From an uncultured delta proteobacterium (GTDB lineage Bacteria; Desulfobacterota; Desulfomonilia; UBA1062), in the NCBI GenBank assembly GCA_963785235.1, contig CAWAUM010000012.1, forward strand, positions 160,001 to 224,000: DNA of 64,000 nt, given 5' to 3'. Within the stretch, counting starts at the first letter, position 1. Each line of letters begins with the position of its first letter. A program made the position numbers and the translations under genes. This document shows, piece after piece, positions 1 through 9,945 of this stretch. The notes below the pieces were generated by a model that ran no database searches, was not told the DNA's origin, and saw only the letters and a list, made by a program, of their open reading frames with translations.

Positions 1-117
1 GAGCAGTTCCGCCCTCAGCGGTGGCTCGTCAAGGGTGTATTTTTTTGGAAATTTATCGATTATGCGTGACTTCATAGAAAGCAGGGACTTGTGAATCGAT
101 TTGTCGGTAAAAATCAC
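1..117 (-). CDS. 5' end of a gene running off the window; possibly cyclic beta-1,2-glucan synthase (NdvB/GH94-like) N-terminus
   Basis: GGAG RBS then GTG at 117; open frame to base 1 reading MIFTDKSIHKSLLSMKSRIIDKFPKKYTLDEPPLRAELL; EPPLRxEL resembles the NdvB N-terminal motif. Only 39 codons are visible. Confidence 0.45.
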   Translation of the reverse strand, partial: MIFTDKSIHKSLLSMKSRIIDKFPKKYTLDEPPLRAELL

Positions 118-419
118 TCTTGAGGTCTCCTTTTGACCTTACCCATGTTTACGGCTGCATTCATCACTAAAACCCTCCATATATCTTAGCTTCCAGGATG
201 AACGAGTCAAGGACACAGGTCCATTTCATTACGGAAAGAAGAAGTGGTTTGTGTCGGACAGTTTTTACCTTTTTATGGATAGGGGTGGAGGTGATATATG
301 CCGGGCGCTGGTATATCAATCGTGATTGCACAACCTGACCAGCGCCTTGCACTGTTCCCCGGTCAGATTCTACGGGAATAGTAATTCAAACGTCTTGTTT
401 GATGATAGCTGATTGTCTC

Positions 420-447
420 CTGGATCCCCGCTTTCGCGGGGATGACA
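420..447. repeat. REP/dRS3-like palindrome, possible terminator of the long minus-strand operon
   Basis: CTGG-ATCCCCGC-TTTC-GCGGGGAT-GACA: perfect 8-bp stem, GAAA loop on the minus strand, ~45 nt downstream of the stop at 492. Confidence 0.6.
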
Positions 448-491
448 GGAGTATGAGTTTTCAGTTGACGCTAGACTGACACAGCCACGCG

Positions 492-2765
492 TCAGGGCTG
501 CGGGTAAGACACCCCGGGGTGATAGACGAGCGTCACCCTGAAATAGTACGGCGCACTGTTGTATCCTCCCCAGTCGTCATCAGGCTCCAGGTTCCTGCTG
601 CCATCTGAGTTGTACAGATAGTTGAAGTCGCTGATACTGAAATAAGTCTGACCTCGCCATGGGTTGCCTACCCAGAACCTGCTCTCACCCGTGGCAGGTG
701 TCCTGATATTCATGGTGGCAGGGACGTTGTTCTGCTTTCCCGCACTGGCCACAAAGCCATCAGACCCACTGATGCGATCGGATACCACGGCGTTCTTATT
801 CCTGTCGGGATAGAACTTCCAAACGTACTCCGCGTCGGCTGCGGGTGCATAGAAATCTACATATATCTCATAATACCAACTGGTGGAAGTATCCAGAGGC
901 TGGAAATCCATAAGGAACCAGTCCTGGTCGCCCTGGTAGTCAACATATCCAGCAATCCAGGGAAATGTGAGCGTGGTCAGCCCTGTCTGGGGTGTATTGA
1001 GCTCGGTTGTGACACCTGAACCTGAAAAAGCAAGCAATGACGTGTTCACACCAAAGATCTTACGGTTTACGGAATCCAGCTCCAAGGTCACCGGGTTTGA
1101 AGACGATTCCGTTGCCTCACTATAATACTCAACCGCAGCCTCAAAAGGAGGTGTTCCACTTGCAACAGCAGGCAGCGTAGTGGGGATATCTTTCACATCA
1201 ACGCGAATCGTATACGTTACATCGCTCCCCTCGTCATCCCTGAAATCGAATACCTTGAAAGAATAGACTCCTGCAGCAGAGCTGGCGGGTATGAGCAGGC
1301 TTGTCTTTAACTTCGTGGGAGCAGTCTCCGCATCAGGGTTCGTAAGGGTCTTGATCAACTGGGCGCCCATAATGCTCAAGGAGTATTCCACCTCGGAAAT
1401 GGGCGCATTGAAATAAACCTCGAGTATCTGGGGTTGTGCATGCGCAGGTATGGTTACATTATACCAGTCCGCATCACCCATGTAGCTGATCTTGCCGGGT
1501 GTGGTCAGGGTAGCCGAAGGCGTAAGGCCGATGGCATTCCCGATGGTGCTGTTGTCATTGGGCGGCGTGTCCGCACTGTCGATGATGTCGAGCATTCTCA
1601 CTGTTGACGTATATGCCGCGCCCTGGGTTATCTTCTGTCCGTCTCCGGCCTGGATCATGAGGTAGTAATTCCCGCTGCCCAGTTTGAGCTGGGTATGCAA
1701 CTCGGCAGCCCCCCCGGTATAGGTGCGGGAATAGACTACAGCCGAATTCGCATCAAGGATGTTGATCTTGTACTTGGCCCTGGTTGCAGCACTGAAGCTC
1801 AGGTGCAGAACCTGGAACCCCGATGACGCAGATGGTTTTGCTATCCGGTAGAAGTCTTTGTCTTCCGTGTAATCCAAAGATCCGTTGATGGTGTAATCCC
1901 GGCCGTACTGTCCGAGATCCACTGTTGTTGCACTAGCGACCACGTCATTCCCGTTAGCCTCTGTATTACTTACTGCATTGATACATACCTGGTACGGGGA
2001 GGCATTATCGAAATGGTCCTTCCCATAATCGCTTACAAGGACATGGTATACCCCTGCAGCCAGATAGTGGATGAGATGATAGTTTTTGGCACCAGAGCTG
2101 GACTGAGATTCTATGAGTTTCCCATTGCTATCGTACAAGGCGACATTGATCTGGACCGGGGTGCCGGTCATGGGTGTGAACGTAACGGCCGTATCAAAGA
2201 TACCGCCTGTAGAGATGAACTTGAAGCAATCGACATCCCCGACATAGCCTATGGTATTTGTGGGACAGGTTGCAGCTCCTGCGGTCAAGGTCACTGCCTG
2301 AGAGATGGAGTCGTTCCCTTCGGACTTGCCGGCATAATCAATGCTCAGGAAGTACGGGTCATTTGAGGCCTTGTCATCCTTGTAATCGCGTACTGCAATA
2401 TAGATGTCCTTGGGCTGGTCAATAACGGCCTTCAATGTCAGATTGGCAGGTACAAGGCTTTTTTCAGGGGCATGATCTCCGTAGATGATGGTCTTGTTGC
2501 CGTTGCTGTCAGCCTGGTAAAGCGTTACGAGGAGCTCCACATCAGGCCGAAGGGTCTCACTGGTGCATCTCACCTGTAAAACACTGCCCGGCTCTGTAGT
2601 TTTAAAGTGGTACCAGTTGACTGCACCGACATTGGAGATCTTCCCGGACACCCTTTCCTGCAAGGCCAGCTCATGTACCCCTGAGTTGGCGTGGTTCGAA
2701 GAGCCCTTGGAGCACGACACCATGAACAGAACCACTATAATGACACAATAGAAAGACCTTCTCAT
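492..2765 (-). CDS. Large lipoprotein with repeated PPC-like beta-sandwich domains (MtsF-like surface protein)
   Basis: 757 aa; signal peptide with lipobox FMVS-C; five repeated motifs (GAVNWYHF, GDVDCFKF, EDKDFYRI, GDADWYNV, GDQDWFLM). Confidence 0.75.
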   Translation of the reverse strand: MRRSFYCVIIVVLFMVSCSKGSSNHANSGVHELALQERVSGKISNVGAVNWYHFKTTEPGSVLQVRCTSETLRPDVELLVTLYQADSNGNKTIIYGDHAPEKSLVPANLTLKAVIDQPKDIYIAVRDYKDDKASNDPYFLSIDYAGKSEGNDSISQAVTLTAGAATCPTNTIGYVGDVDCFKFISTGGIFDTAVTFTPMTGTPVQINVALYDSNGKLIESQSSSGAKNYHLIHYLAAGVYHVLVSDYGKDHFDNASPYQVCINAVSNTEANGNDVVASATTVDLGQYGRDYTINGSLDYTEDKDFYRIAKPSASSGFQVLHLSFSAATRAKYKINILDANSAVVYSRTYTGGAAELHTQLKLGSGNYYLMIQAGDGQKITQGAAYTSTVRMLDIIDSADTPPNDNSTIGNAIGLTPSATLTTPGKISYMGDADWYNVTIPAHAQPQILEVYFNAPISEVEYSLSIMGAQLIKTLTNPDAETAPTKLKTSLLIPASSAAGVYSFKVFDFRDDEGSDVTYTIRVDVKDIPTTLPAVASGTPPFEAAVEYYSEATESSSNPVTLELDSVNRKIFGVNTSLLAFSGSGVTTELNTPQTGLTTLTFPWIAGYVDYQGDQDWFLMDFQPLDTSTSWYYEIYVDFYAPAADAEYVWKFYPDRNKNAVVSDRISGSDGFVASAGKQNNVPATMNIRTPATGESRFWVGNPWRGQTYFSISDFNYLYNSDGSRNLEPDDDWGGYNSAPYYFRVTLVYHPGVSYPQP

Positions 2766-2777
2766 TGGTATTCTCCT

Positions 2778-4385
2778 TTAATGGAGCAACTTGAAATCAC
2801 CCTGGGTAAGGGTGATGATTCTGTCACGGTCATCGATATTGACCACTACCTCTGCCATGCGGAATACCGGCGGGCTGTCGGGCCTGTCTTCCGGAACCTC
2901 GGCGATATAAAACCGGATAAGGTTATCCCCGGCATTCCACAGGGTTCCGTCTTCCTTCACATACTCTAGCGTATCTGCAAGATAGATGTTGGAGATATCA
3001 AAATTAAATTGGCGCACATAGGAGGCCATATCGTCCCCCTGGTTAATGGGCACAAGCCCTGCATCCTTGATGTCATAGATATAGCTGTTCAGTTCCCTGA
3101 TCTTCGGGTCATTGGAGGTAACGTTGGTGTGCCGCTGCACCTCCATCCAATCAAGCACACTGTCAAAGTCGGTATCCTTGTTGGTCTCCACTTCAAGGGG
3201 ATTGGTTCCTGAGAGGAACTCGATACCATCAGGGATGCCATCGGAATCCGTGTCCGGGTTGAGCCTGTTCGTGCCTTTGATATATTCCTCGCAGTCAGTC
3301 AGGCCGTCGTTATCCGAATCAACCCTTACCATGCCTGAGTCACAGATGCTGTCATGGGGATTCAGCGGGTCCAAAACATGGCCGGGAGAACTCGACTTGA
3401 TCTCGAAAAAATCGCTCAGGCCGTCGGAATCGGTATCTCTCCTGGTGGGATCGGTTCCATAAAATGCCTCTTCTTCGTCAGAGAGACCGTCTGTGTCACT
3501 GTCAATGTACACAAGGTCAACACCGGGTTTGACATTATAGTTGTATGCAGCAATGTACTTCACCTTGTATTCAATGGTCAGGCGCATATCCACGATATTG
3601 ATGAAGTCAATGGCCTCGGCATTTTCAAAGAGCCGGAACTGGCCGTTGCCCCTCTCTGCCATACCCTGCAGCGTTGTTTCCGCCTCCTGCTGACGTGCCT
3701 GGCCCGAGGCGTCGGCACCGAAATTGCCCAGCAGGAGGAAGGTATGGAAATTGAAAGACCCGACCCCGTATTCCGTGACCATGTCGGTCATATCCTGGAC
3801 CTTTTTCCATATATCCGCATCTGCCTGGGTCTGTCCCTGGGCATTGGGCACCCCGTCGCTCAGGAAGATGACGATGTACTTCGATCGAACACGCGCCTCT
3901 TCATTGGAGTTGATAATGTCATTGCGGATATCGGCAAAGACGGCATCCAACGTCCCGAGATAATCGGTGGTGGTGTCGTTCTGGACATCTGTCAGGATAT
4001 CTTCCAGTACTGTCGGGTCTTTGGTAAATCCGCCGGTAGTATCGAAAACCGTATTGCTCCACAGCATCACATCAAAGGAGGTGTTCTCGTTGCTGTTGAA
4101 TGCATTGATGAAATCCCTGGCTGCCTGGATGCGCATAAAATAGGGATCAGACCCTGCCACGATCCCCATCTCTTCATCGCCCATGCTCAATGAGCAATCT
4201 ATGGCGAACAGGACCTTTACCGGGAATTTTATCTCATCAGGGCTCTCGGTCAGGAACGAACCCTGAAGCCCCACCTTGGTCTGGACCTGGGTCCGCTCAA
4301 GGTTCGGGCTGTCAGTACACCCGAGCAGAACGGCCAGTACCGTCCCGAGAATGAATAGTGCTGCCTTATTTCTTTTCACACGCAT
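2778..4385 (-). CDS. VWA (MIDAS) domain lipoprotein with bacterial TSP3-type Ca-binding repeats (MtsD/CglB-like adhesin)
   Basis: 535 aa; lipobox LLG-C; FPVKVLFAIDCSLS (DxSxS), TTTDY and FLSDG MIDAS elements; repeats DSDTDGLSDEEE..GTDP, DTDSDGLSDFFE, DSDNDGLTDCEE..GTN, DTDSDGIPDGIE. Confidence 0.85.
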   Translation of the reverse strand: MRVKRNKAALFILGTVLAVLLGCTDSPNLERTQVQTKVGLQGSFLTESPDEIKFPVKVLFAIDCSLSMGDEEMGIVAGSDPYFMRIQAARDFINAFNSNENTSFDVMLWSNTVFDTTGGFTKDPTVLEDILTDVQNDTTTDYLGTLDAVFADIRNDIINSNEEARVRSKYIVIFLSDGVPNAQGQTQADADIWKKVQDMTDMVTEYGVGSFNFHTFLLLGNFGADASGQARQQEAETTLQGMAERGNGQFRLFENAEAIDFINIVDMRLTIEYKVKYIAAYNYNVKPGVDLVYIDSDTDGLSDEEEAFYGTDPTRRDTDSDGLSDFFEIKSSSPGHVLDPLNPHDSICDSGMVRVDSDNDGLTDCEEYIKGTNRLNPDTDSDGIPDGIEFLSGTNPLEVETNKDTDFDSVLDWMEVQRHTNVTSNDPKIRELNSYIYDIKDAGLVPINQGDDMASYVRQFNFDISNIYLADTLEYVKEDGTLWNAGDNLIRFYIAEVPEDRPDSPPVFRMAEVVVNIDDRDRIITLTQGDFKLLH

Positions 4386-5151
4386 CTCCTATTCCGTCCT
4401 GGTCAGAATCTTTTTGATCCGGATTAGCAATATCCGGGCAGTTATCGCATGCATCTCCTATCCCGTCGCTGTCGGAATCATTATTGTTGTCACTGTGGAC
4501 CCGTGGGCAGAGATCAATGGAATCAATGAATCCATCGCTGTCAAAGTCGTTGTCGCACGCATCCCCTCTCCCGTCACTGTCCGTATCCGACTGAACAGGA
4601 TTACCGACATAGAGGCAGTTGTCTATTTCGTTGGGGATGCCATCACCATCCATGTCATCGTCGCAGGTATCTCCTTTGCCGTCGTTATCCGTATCGTTCT
4701 GCGAAGGGTTATAGGTAGTGGGGCAGTTATCCGAGGCGTTTAGTTTTCCGTCTCCATCGATATCATCATCACATGCATCACCTTTACTATCACCATCGAT
4801 ATCCTTCTGGTCGGGATTCGCCATATGAGGACAATTATCACAGGCATCGCCAATGCCATCGCCGTCGGAATCTGCCTGATCGTTCGGGAGATAGGCACAA
4901 TTATCCCTTGTGTCCAAATATCCGTCGGCATCGGCATCTTCATCCAGAGAAAAATATGGCCCAATGTCATATTGCACCAGTATCGGGCCTCCGCCGGACC
5001 CTCCGCCGCCTACTCCTCCTGCCGGAGGTGCGCCGCAGGACTGGTCAGGGCACTCGTCAAACCAGTCGTTAGGGTCGGTGATTGCAAAGGCCTGGGCGTA
5101 TATGATTAAAAGAAAGGCTGTGCAACTGATTATGATTTTACAATATTTCAT
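4366..5151 (-). CDS. Secreted thrombospondin type-3 repeat protein (MtsC-like)
   Basis: 261 aa; signal peptide (AQAFA); ECPDQSCGAP plus Gly-rich N-terminus; tandem DNC..xNPDQxDxDxDGxGDAC repeats. Confidence 0.9.
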   Translation of the reverse strand: MKYCKIIISCTAFLLIIYAQAFAITDPNDWFDECPDQSCGAPPAGGVGGGGSGGGPILVQYDIGPYFSLDEDADADGYLDTRDNCAYLPNDQADSDGDGIGDACDNCPHMANPDQKDIDGDSKGDACDDDIDGDGKLNASDNCPTTYNPSQNDTDNDGKGDTCDDDMDGDGIPNEIDNCLYVGNPVQSDTDSDGRGDACDNDFDSDGFIDSIDLCPRVHSDNNNDSDSDGIGDACDNCPDIANPDQKDSDQDGIGDACEKK

Positions 5152-5163
5152 GATCGCTCCCCT

Positions 5164-6506
5164 TTAACGGTAGAAAAGATAGATGGTCTGGTCAGTGTTC
5201 GAGTATGAGCAGATATATGCGGTGCCTGCATTATCGAACCAAAGCGTGTTATAGTTGCCGATATCGCCTGTAGAGACAACAGTCTCCTTGACCCATGACG
5301 CGCCGCTCCTGCTTGCCAGCATAAGGTCTTTCAGACTCAGGCTCCCGCTGTTGTTCTGCATGGAGTAGTAGGCTATTGATGGATTCCCCGATGAATCAAA
5401 GGCCAGAGAACAATACTTGCCGCAGAAAGTGCTCTCATCCACTATGGTTGAAGTCCAGGAAGAAGATGTCTTGGCAGCATATTTCAGACACTCCTTATGG
5501 GTTATGCCCGAGGCATCCTGATATTCACCGGTAATGTAGTAGGCAACACACGGATTGCCGTTCTTGTCCAGGGCAGCGCTGATACCGCCGACCGTAAAGC
5601 CTGTCTCAACCCATTCATGCCCCCAGGTGCCGTCACTCTGCCGGTATGCAACGCGAAGACCTTTTGTATCAGGATCCGAAAGATTCGGCTTCAGGTCCGC
5701 ATAGTAGAATATGACAGGGTTCTCGTTCTTGTCGAGGATAAGGGCTGCATGGGCACCGACCCTGTTCTGCGCGCTTGCCGAACCGTCCGGATTATAGAAA
5801 TTCCCTTCAACCGCCTCTTCCGTTGCCTCGGCGCCCAGGGATGACCCATCCTTTTCCACATAGAGCAGGTCAGGGTAATTGAAGTTCATGGCATCGATGC
5901 CTTCGTAGAAGAACTGGTAACACAGGTGGATATTGCCGTGGGAATCAAGGGCGGTAGATACATACTTACCGGCAAGACCGTCTTGGAATACGGGATTACG
6001 CTCTACAAAACCAATTCCTCCTGTGTACTCCGCCCACGAACCACTTTGAAGGACACTCACCATGGCATCGGACTGCTGCTCCGATCCACCTGCCCTGACG
6101 GTTCCACCCTGGTATGCAATAGCCACAAGACCGCCCTGCCCCAACGCCATACCAAGGGTCCGGCAGTTGTCTATATCAATGACCGTATCACGGGAAATCT
6201 CGCTTTGAGTCCCCATATCCCAGACGATATGATTGATGCTGTAGTCGCCCGGTATTGTCAGGCTATCCGTGAAAAAAGCGATATGGAGCTGTTTGTTGCT
6301 GTCAACAGCAGCCTTGACCTGGGGAAGCAAAAGGCCGCCGGCCGGCAACTGCTCGATACTGACCTGATGCCAGGTGCTTACCGGGTTGTTGATGATTGCC
6401 TTGTTACCGTCACCCTTTCGTATCACTACCCCCTGATCCCCCGCCGCAGTTGGAGAAAAAAACCAGGGCTATAAAGAGGCATATTAGTATGCCCGAGAGA
6501 ACGCAT
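5164..6506 (-). CDS. Beta-propeller-like lipoprotein (two apparent +1 frameshifts in the signal-peptide region)
   Basis: 420 aa ORF 5164..6426 with repeated ALDxxGNPxIxY blades; removing one G at ~6492 and one at ~6415 joins it to the ATG at 6506, giving MRSLGILICLFIALVFFSN-C-GGGSGGSD (lipobox). Confidence 0.75.
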
Positions 6507-6507
6507 A

Positions 6508-9500
6508 TCACTTCTTTGAAATCTGGCCGGATGCATGGTAAATCTCCTTTGCCTTGGGGTGAATGGGGCCATCTGCCTTTTCCGCATCAATTGGTGAGGG
6601 AATCCCTTCATAGAGCTGCATTGCCTGCTCAACATGACCATAATAGTTAAAAAGTGCTGCAAGATTGACCTTGGCGCTGATACTGCCCGAATCGAGAGAA
6701 ACAGCCTTTTTGAAGGCATCCTTGGCAAGGTCGTCTTCATTGAGGTAAAGCCGCGATACCCCAAGGCAGGTATTGAACCTGGCCATGAGCGAGTGAATTT
6801 TCATCCTTCTTCTCATCAAGGGCCTTCTGGGCAATGAATGACGCATGCCAATAATCGCCCCTTTTCATGTAAGCCTCACAGAGCGTCAGGAGCGCTGGGA
6901 TATCTTTTTTGGTTTTGAGCAGCTGCTCATGGAGCCCTTTCAATTCCTGATCCATGAGGCACCCATCAGAGATCTCGGAAGCGGGGGCCTTTTCTGAGAA
7001 AGGCGCAAATCCCTTAAAGGAGCCTCCCGGATCTGAAGGGGGATTAAAATATCCCGCAAGGGCCGGGTCGCAGATCTCCCATTTGCGGCCCTGCTGAACG
7101 CACGTCTGGAGATATTGATCCGCCTTGTCTTTGTAGGTATTGGCCTTCTGGCTGATGAGCTGGGTATACTGCTCCTTCTGTTCAGGGGTGAAGTCGGCCG
7201 GGACAGGTGCTTCTGTGAGGAATCGTGCAAATTCACTGTTTATCACATATGACTGGTAGCAGGCCTTTAATGCCCACTGGGATGATTTGTAGAGAATTAC
7301 CGTCTGATACGACTTCTCCAGCTTTTCAAGAAGCTTGGACTTGTCTGTAACGATCTTGTTGTCCAGTGCACCTTTCAGCTGCAGGCCCATGTACCCTTTC
7401 TGCTCAAGCACTGTTGACTCATAGACTGCCCCTGCCATGTCTTTTTGCACCTGCTGATCCGCTTGATATGACTTTGGCTGATATGCCTTTTCCGCCCTTT
7501 TCAGGTATTTCTGTGCTGTGCTCATATCCCCGGCTTCAAGATACAGGCTTGCAATCCTGGCATCAGCGCGGATCTTTCCGGCATCACTAAGCCTGTCACG
7601 GTTGTCCAAGAGCACCTTCAGCGCGGTTTGGCTGTCACCTGAGCTGAAGGGCATTATCCGCAACCTCAAAGACCATATCCGTAAGGGATGATGCATCTTT
7701 GGCCTTTGTATCAATGAGTCTCTTATAGTCTTTGACCGACAGGCTGTACTGGCCAAGCCCTTCCCTGATCTGACCTGCCTGCTGGAGAAAATCGCGAGCA
7801 TTTTTATGCCCGGGAAGCCTTAAGGCGAATGACTCAAGATAGTCTGCAACGAGCCTGAACTGGGCCATGCGCACAGAGCTGTCGATCATCATATTCAGCG
7901 TGCCTTCCACCTTGCTTGATGTGGGGTACTCCCGGATAAGGTCGGCGCCCGCAGTAAGGAGCGTCTTTACATCTCCCTTTTCCTTGCTGGAAATGATCAC
8001 GGCATTCAGGGCTTCCTCTCCCATGCCTGTGGTCTTACTGTGGGCGGCAAAGGCCAAGAGGTCGGACTTACCTTTATCCCAGTCGCCCAAAGCGGCAACG
8101 GTAAGCGACGAAATCACCTTTGATTCTGAAGACTGGACAATGCCTGAAACCTCGTTTTTTAATTGCTGATCCGCAATGGCGGGGCTTTGTATGATCCCTT
8201 TTCCATAGGCAATGAGTCCTGCATAGTCTTCCTTGAGATTATATGAATCAAGGACCAGGTGTACCGAGGCCTTTGTGGCCTTGCTATTGGGATAGGCTGT
8301 GGGCATATTTGGTAAACTCATTGATGGCAGTATCGTAATCTCCGGCATCGTACGCAATCCAGGCGACGTTAAACAGAACATCCGGTACGCGCGCAGACTG
8401 GGGGTAATCGGATGCATAGAGCCTTCCTGTGGATCTGAGCCCATCCCTGGCAAAGGCGGTCTCGTAGTAGTTGAGTTTCTGCTTATCCTTGATGGCATTG
8501 TAATAGGATATGACTGCGCTATAGAGCTTGTCTTCCCGCTCGGCATTGCCGGCCGCCATGCGAAGCGCCGATGCCTCGTACTGCTTGCCCGCCTTGAGGT
8601 ACTGCTGCGAAGAGAAAAGGGCCTCTGCATAATTCTCGCCCATCTCGGAGTACACAGGGCTGGCATTAAAAAACTCCAGATAGATCTTGTATGCCTCTGC
8701 AGATGCGCTTGAAGTCATCGATTGATTCCTTCTTGCGGGCCTCGTCGTGCAGGTAGGTGACGATGTTCCTGGCATAGAGCTCGAAATCCGTCTGATCCTT
8801 GTCCTTCTGCTCGTCAGGGACATGGATGGAGTATTTCTCTTTCTTCAGTGCCTTGATGATGAGGGCCACATCCTTGTCGGCATGCTCGAAGGTGCCGATC
8901 GCCTGCACGCATTCAAAGGTATTCCGGGCATACTCCAGCAGCTTTGTGGGCTCCTGTTCGAGCGTGGACAGCTGCCGGTACACTACTGCTGCAGACGACC
9001 ATTTCTTTTTTATGTAATACCGGTTTGCCAGCTTTTCCAGCACAGCAGTGTAGACCTGGCGCGACCAGGAATATTTCTGGAAATAGGTAAGGGCTTCCTC
9101 TGGCGGGGCGTCCTTGTAGCACTCGGTATAGCAGTAGGCCATATCCATGAGGGCTTCCTGCTTGATGTCCACACGCTTGTAGGTGTCGATCTCGAGCTCT
9201 TTGCCCTTCTCGGCACCCAGCACCACCTCTTCAAAGAGCTTTAAGGCCTCTTGAAACTTAAGCTGGTTGATGTAGCACCATCCGAGCTTGTAGCGCGCAA
9301 TGGATATGGCGGTGCAGCCGGGATACTTTAAGATGGCCTCATAGTGCTTCTTGGCCGTTTCCAGGTCCTGCTTGCTGATGAAATAATCGCCCAGCAGCAG
9401 ATACGACTCCGACACATAGGGGCTGTCCGGATAATCTTTTATGATGGTGCGGTACTGTACGACCATATCATCGATCTGGTTCAGCTCCCTGTACTCATGG

Positions 9501-9945
9501 GCCATGAAAAAGTGGACCTTGTCCTTTGACTTGAATTCGGGGAAGTCATTCAGAATACGCTGATAGATTTCCAGTGCCTGGTTCTTGAAGGCATTTGATT
9601 CCACCTGATCGAAGGCGGATGCCGCTTCTCCCTTTTCCGTCCTGCGCACATAGTAGACAATCCTTGACTGTTCTATGTAGAGCTCGGCCAGCCTCAGATA
9701 AAGTTCGGGGAGATACGGCTTGTTCCTTGCCTTGTGAATCAGTGCCTTGGTATTGAGGATTGCAAGATCGACCTTTTTCTTGTCCTCGGTGAGCTTTGAG
9801 ATATACCTGGCCTGCTCTGTGCCATTATCCTTCTTCTCATATCCGATATTCGTCGGCATGGACACTGGCCGGTACGACAATGACAAGGGACAAGGCCCCT
9901 ATGATCAGGACACCTGATAATGCGTTGTATGCTCTGTAATTTCAT
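6508..9945 (-). CDS. Very large periplasmic TPR protein, GltD/AgmU-like with a C-terminal GltE/AglT-like TPR region; split by ~6 single-base insertions
   Basis: Consecutive TPR ORFs 8666..9886, 8284..8823, 7635..8666, 6737..7801 and 6508..6846 join on removing one base at ~8704, ~8301, ~7645 and ~6795; signal peptide ..LIIGALSLVIVVPASVHA recovered with fixes at ~9940 and ~9845; motifs PELYLRLAELY and FLTEAPVP..QY...I..KA. Confidence 0.8.

Noticed and set aside
167-352. 61-aa ORF
   Set aside because: No RBS, no recognisable motif, non-ATG start; likely spurious.
4390-4960. Periodic repeats as a possible CRISPR array
   Set aside because: Degenerate coding TSP3 repeats; no identical direct repeats with unique spacers and no cas genes.
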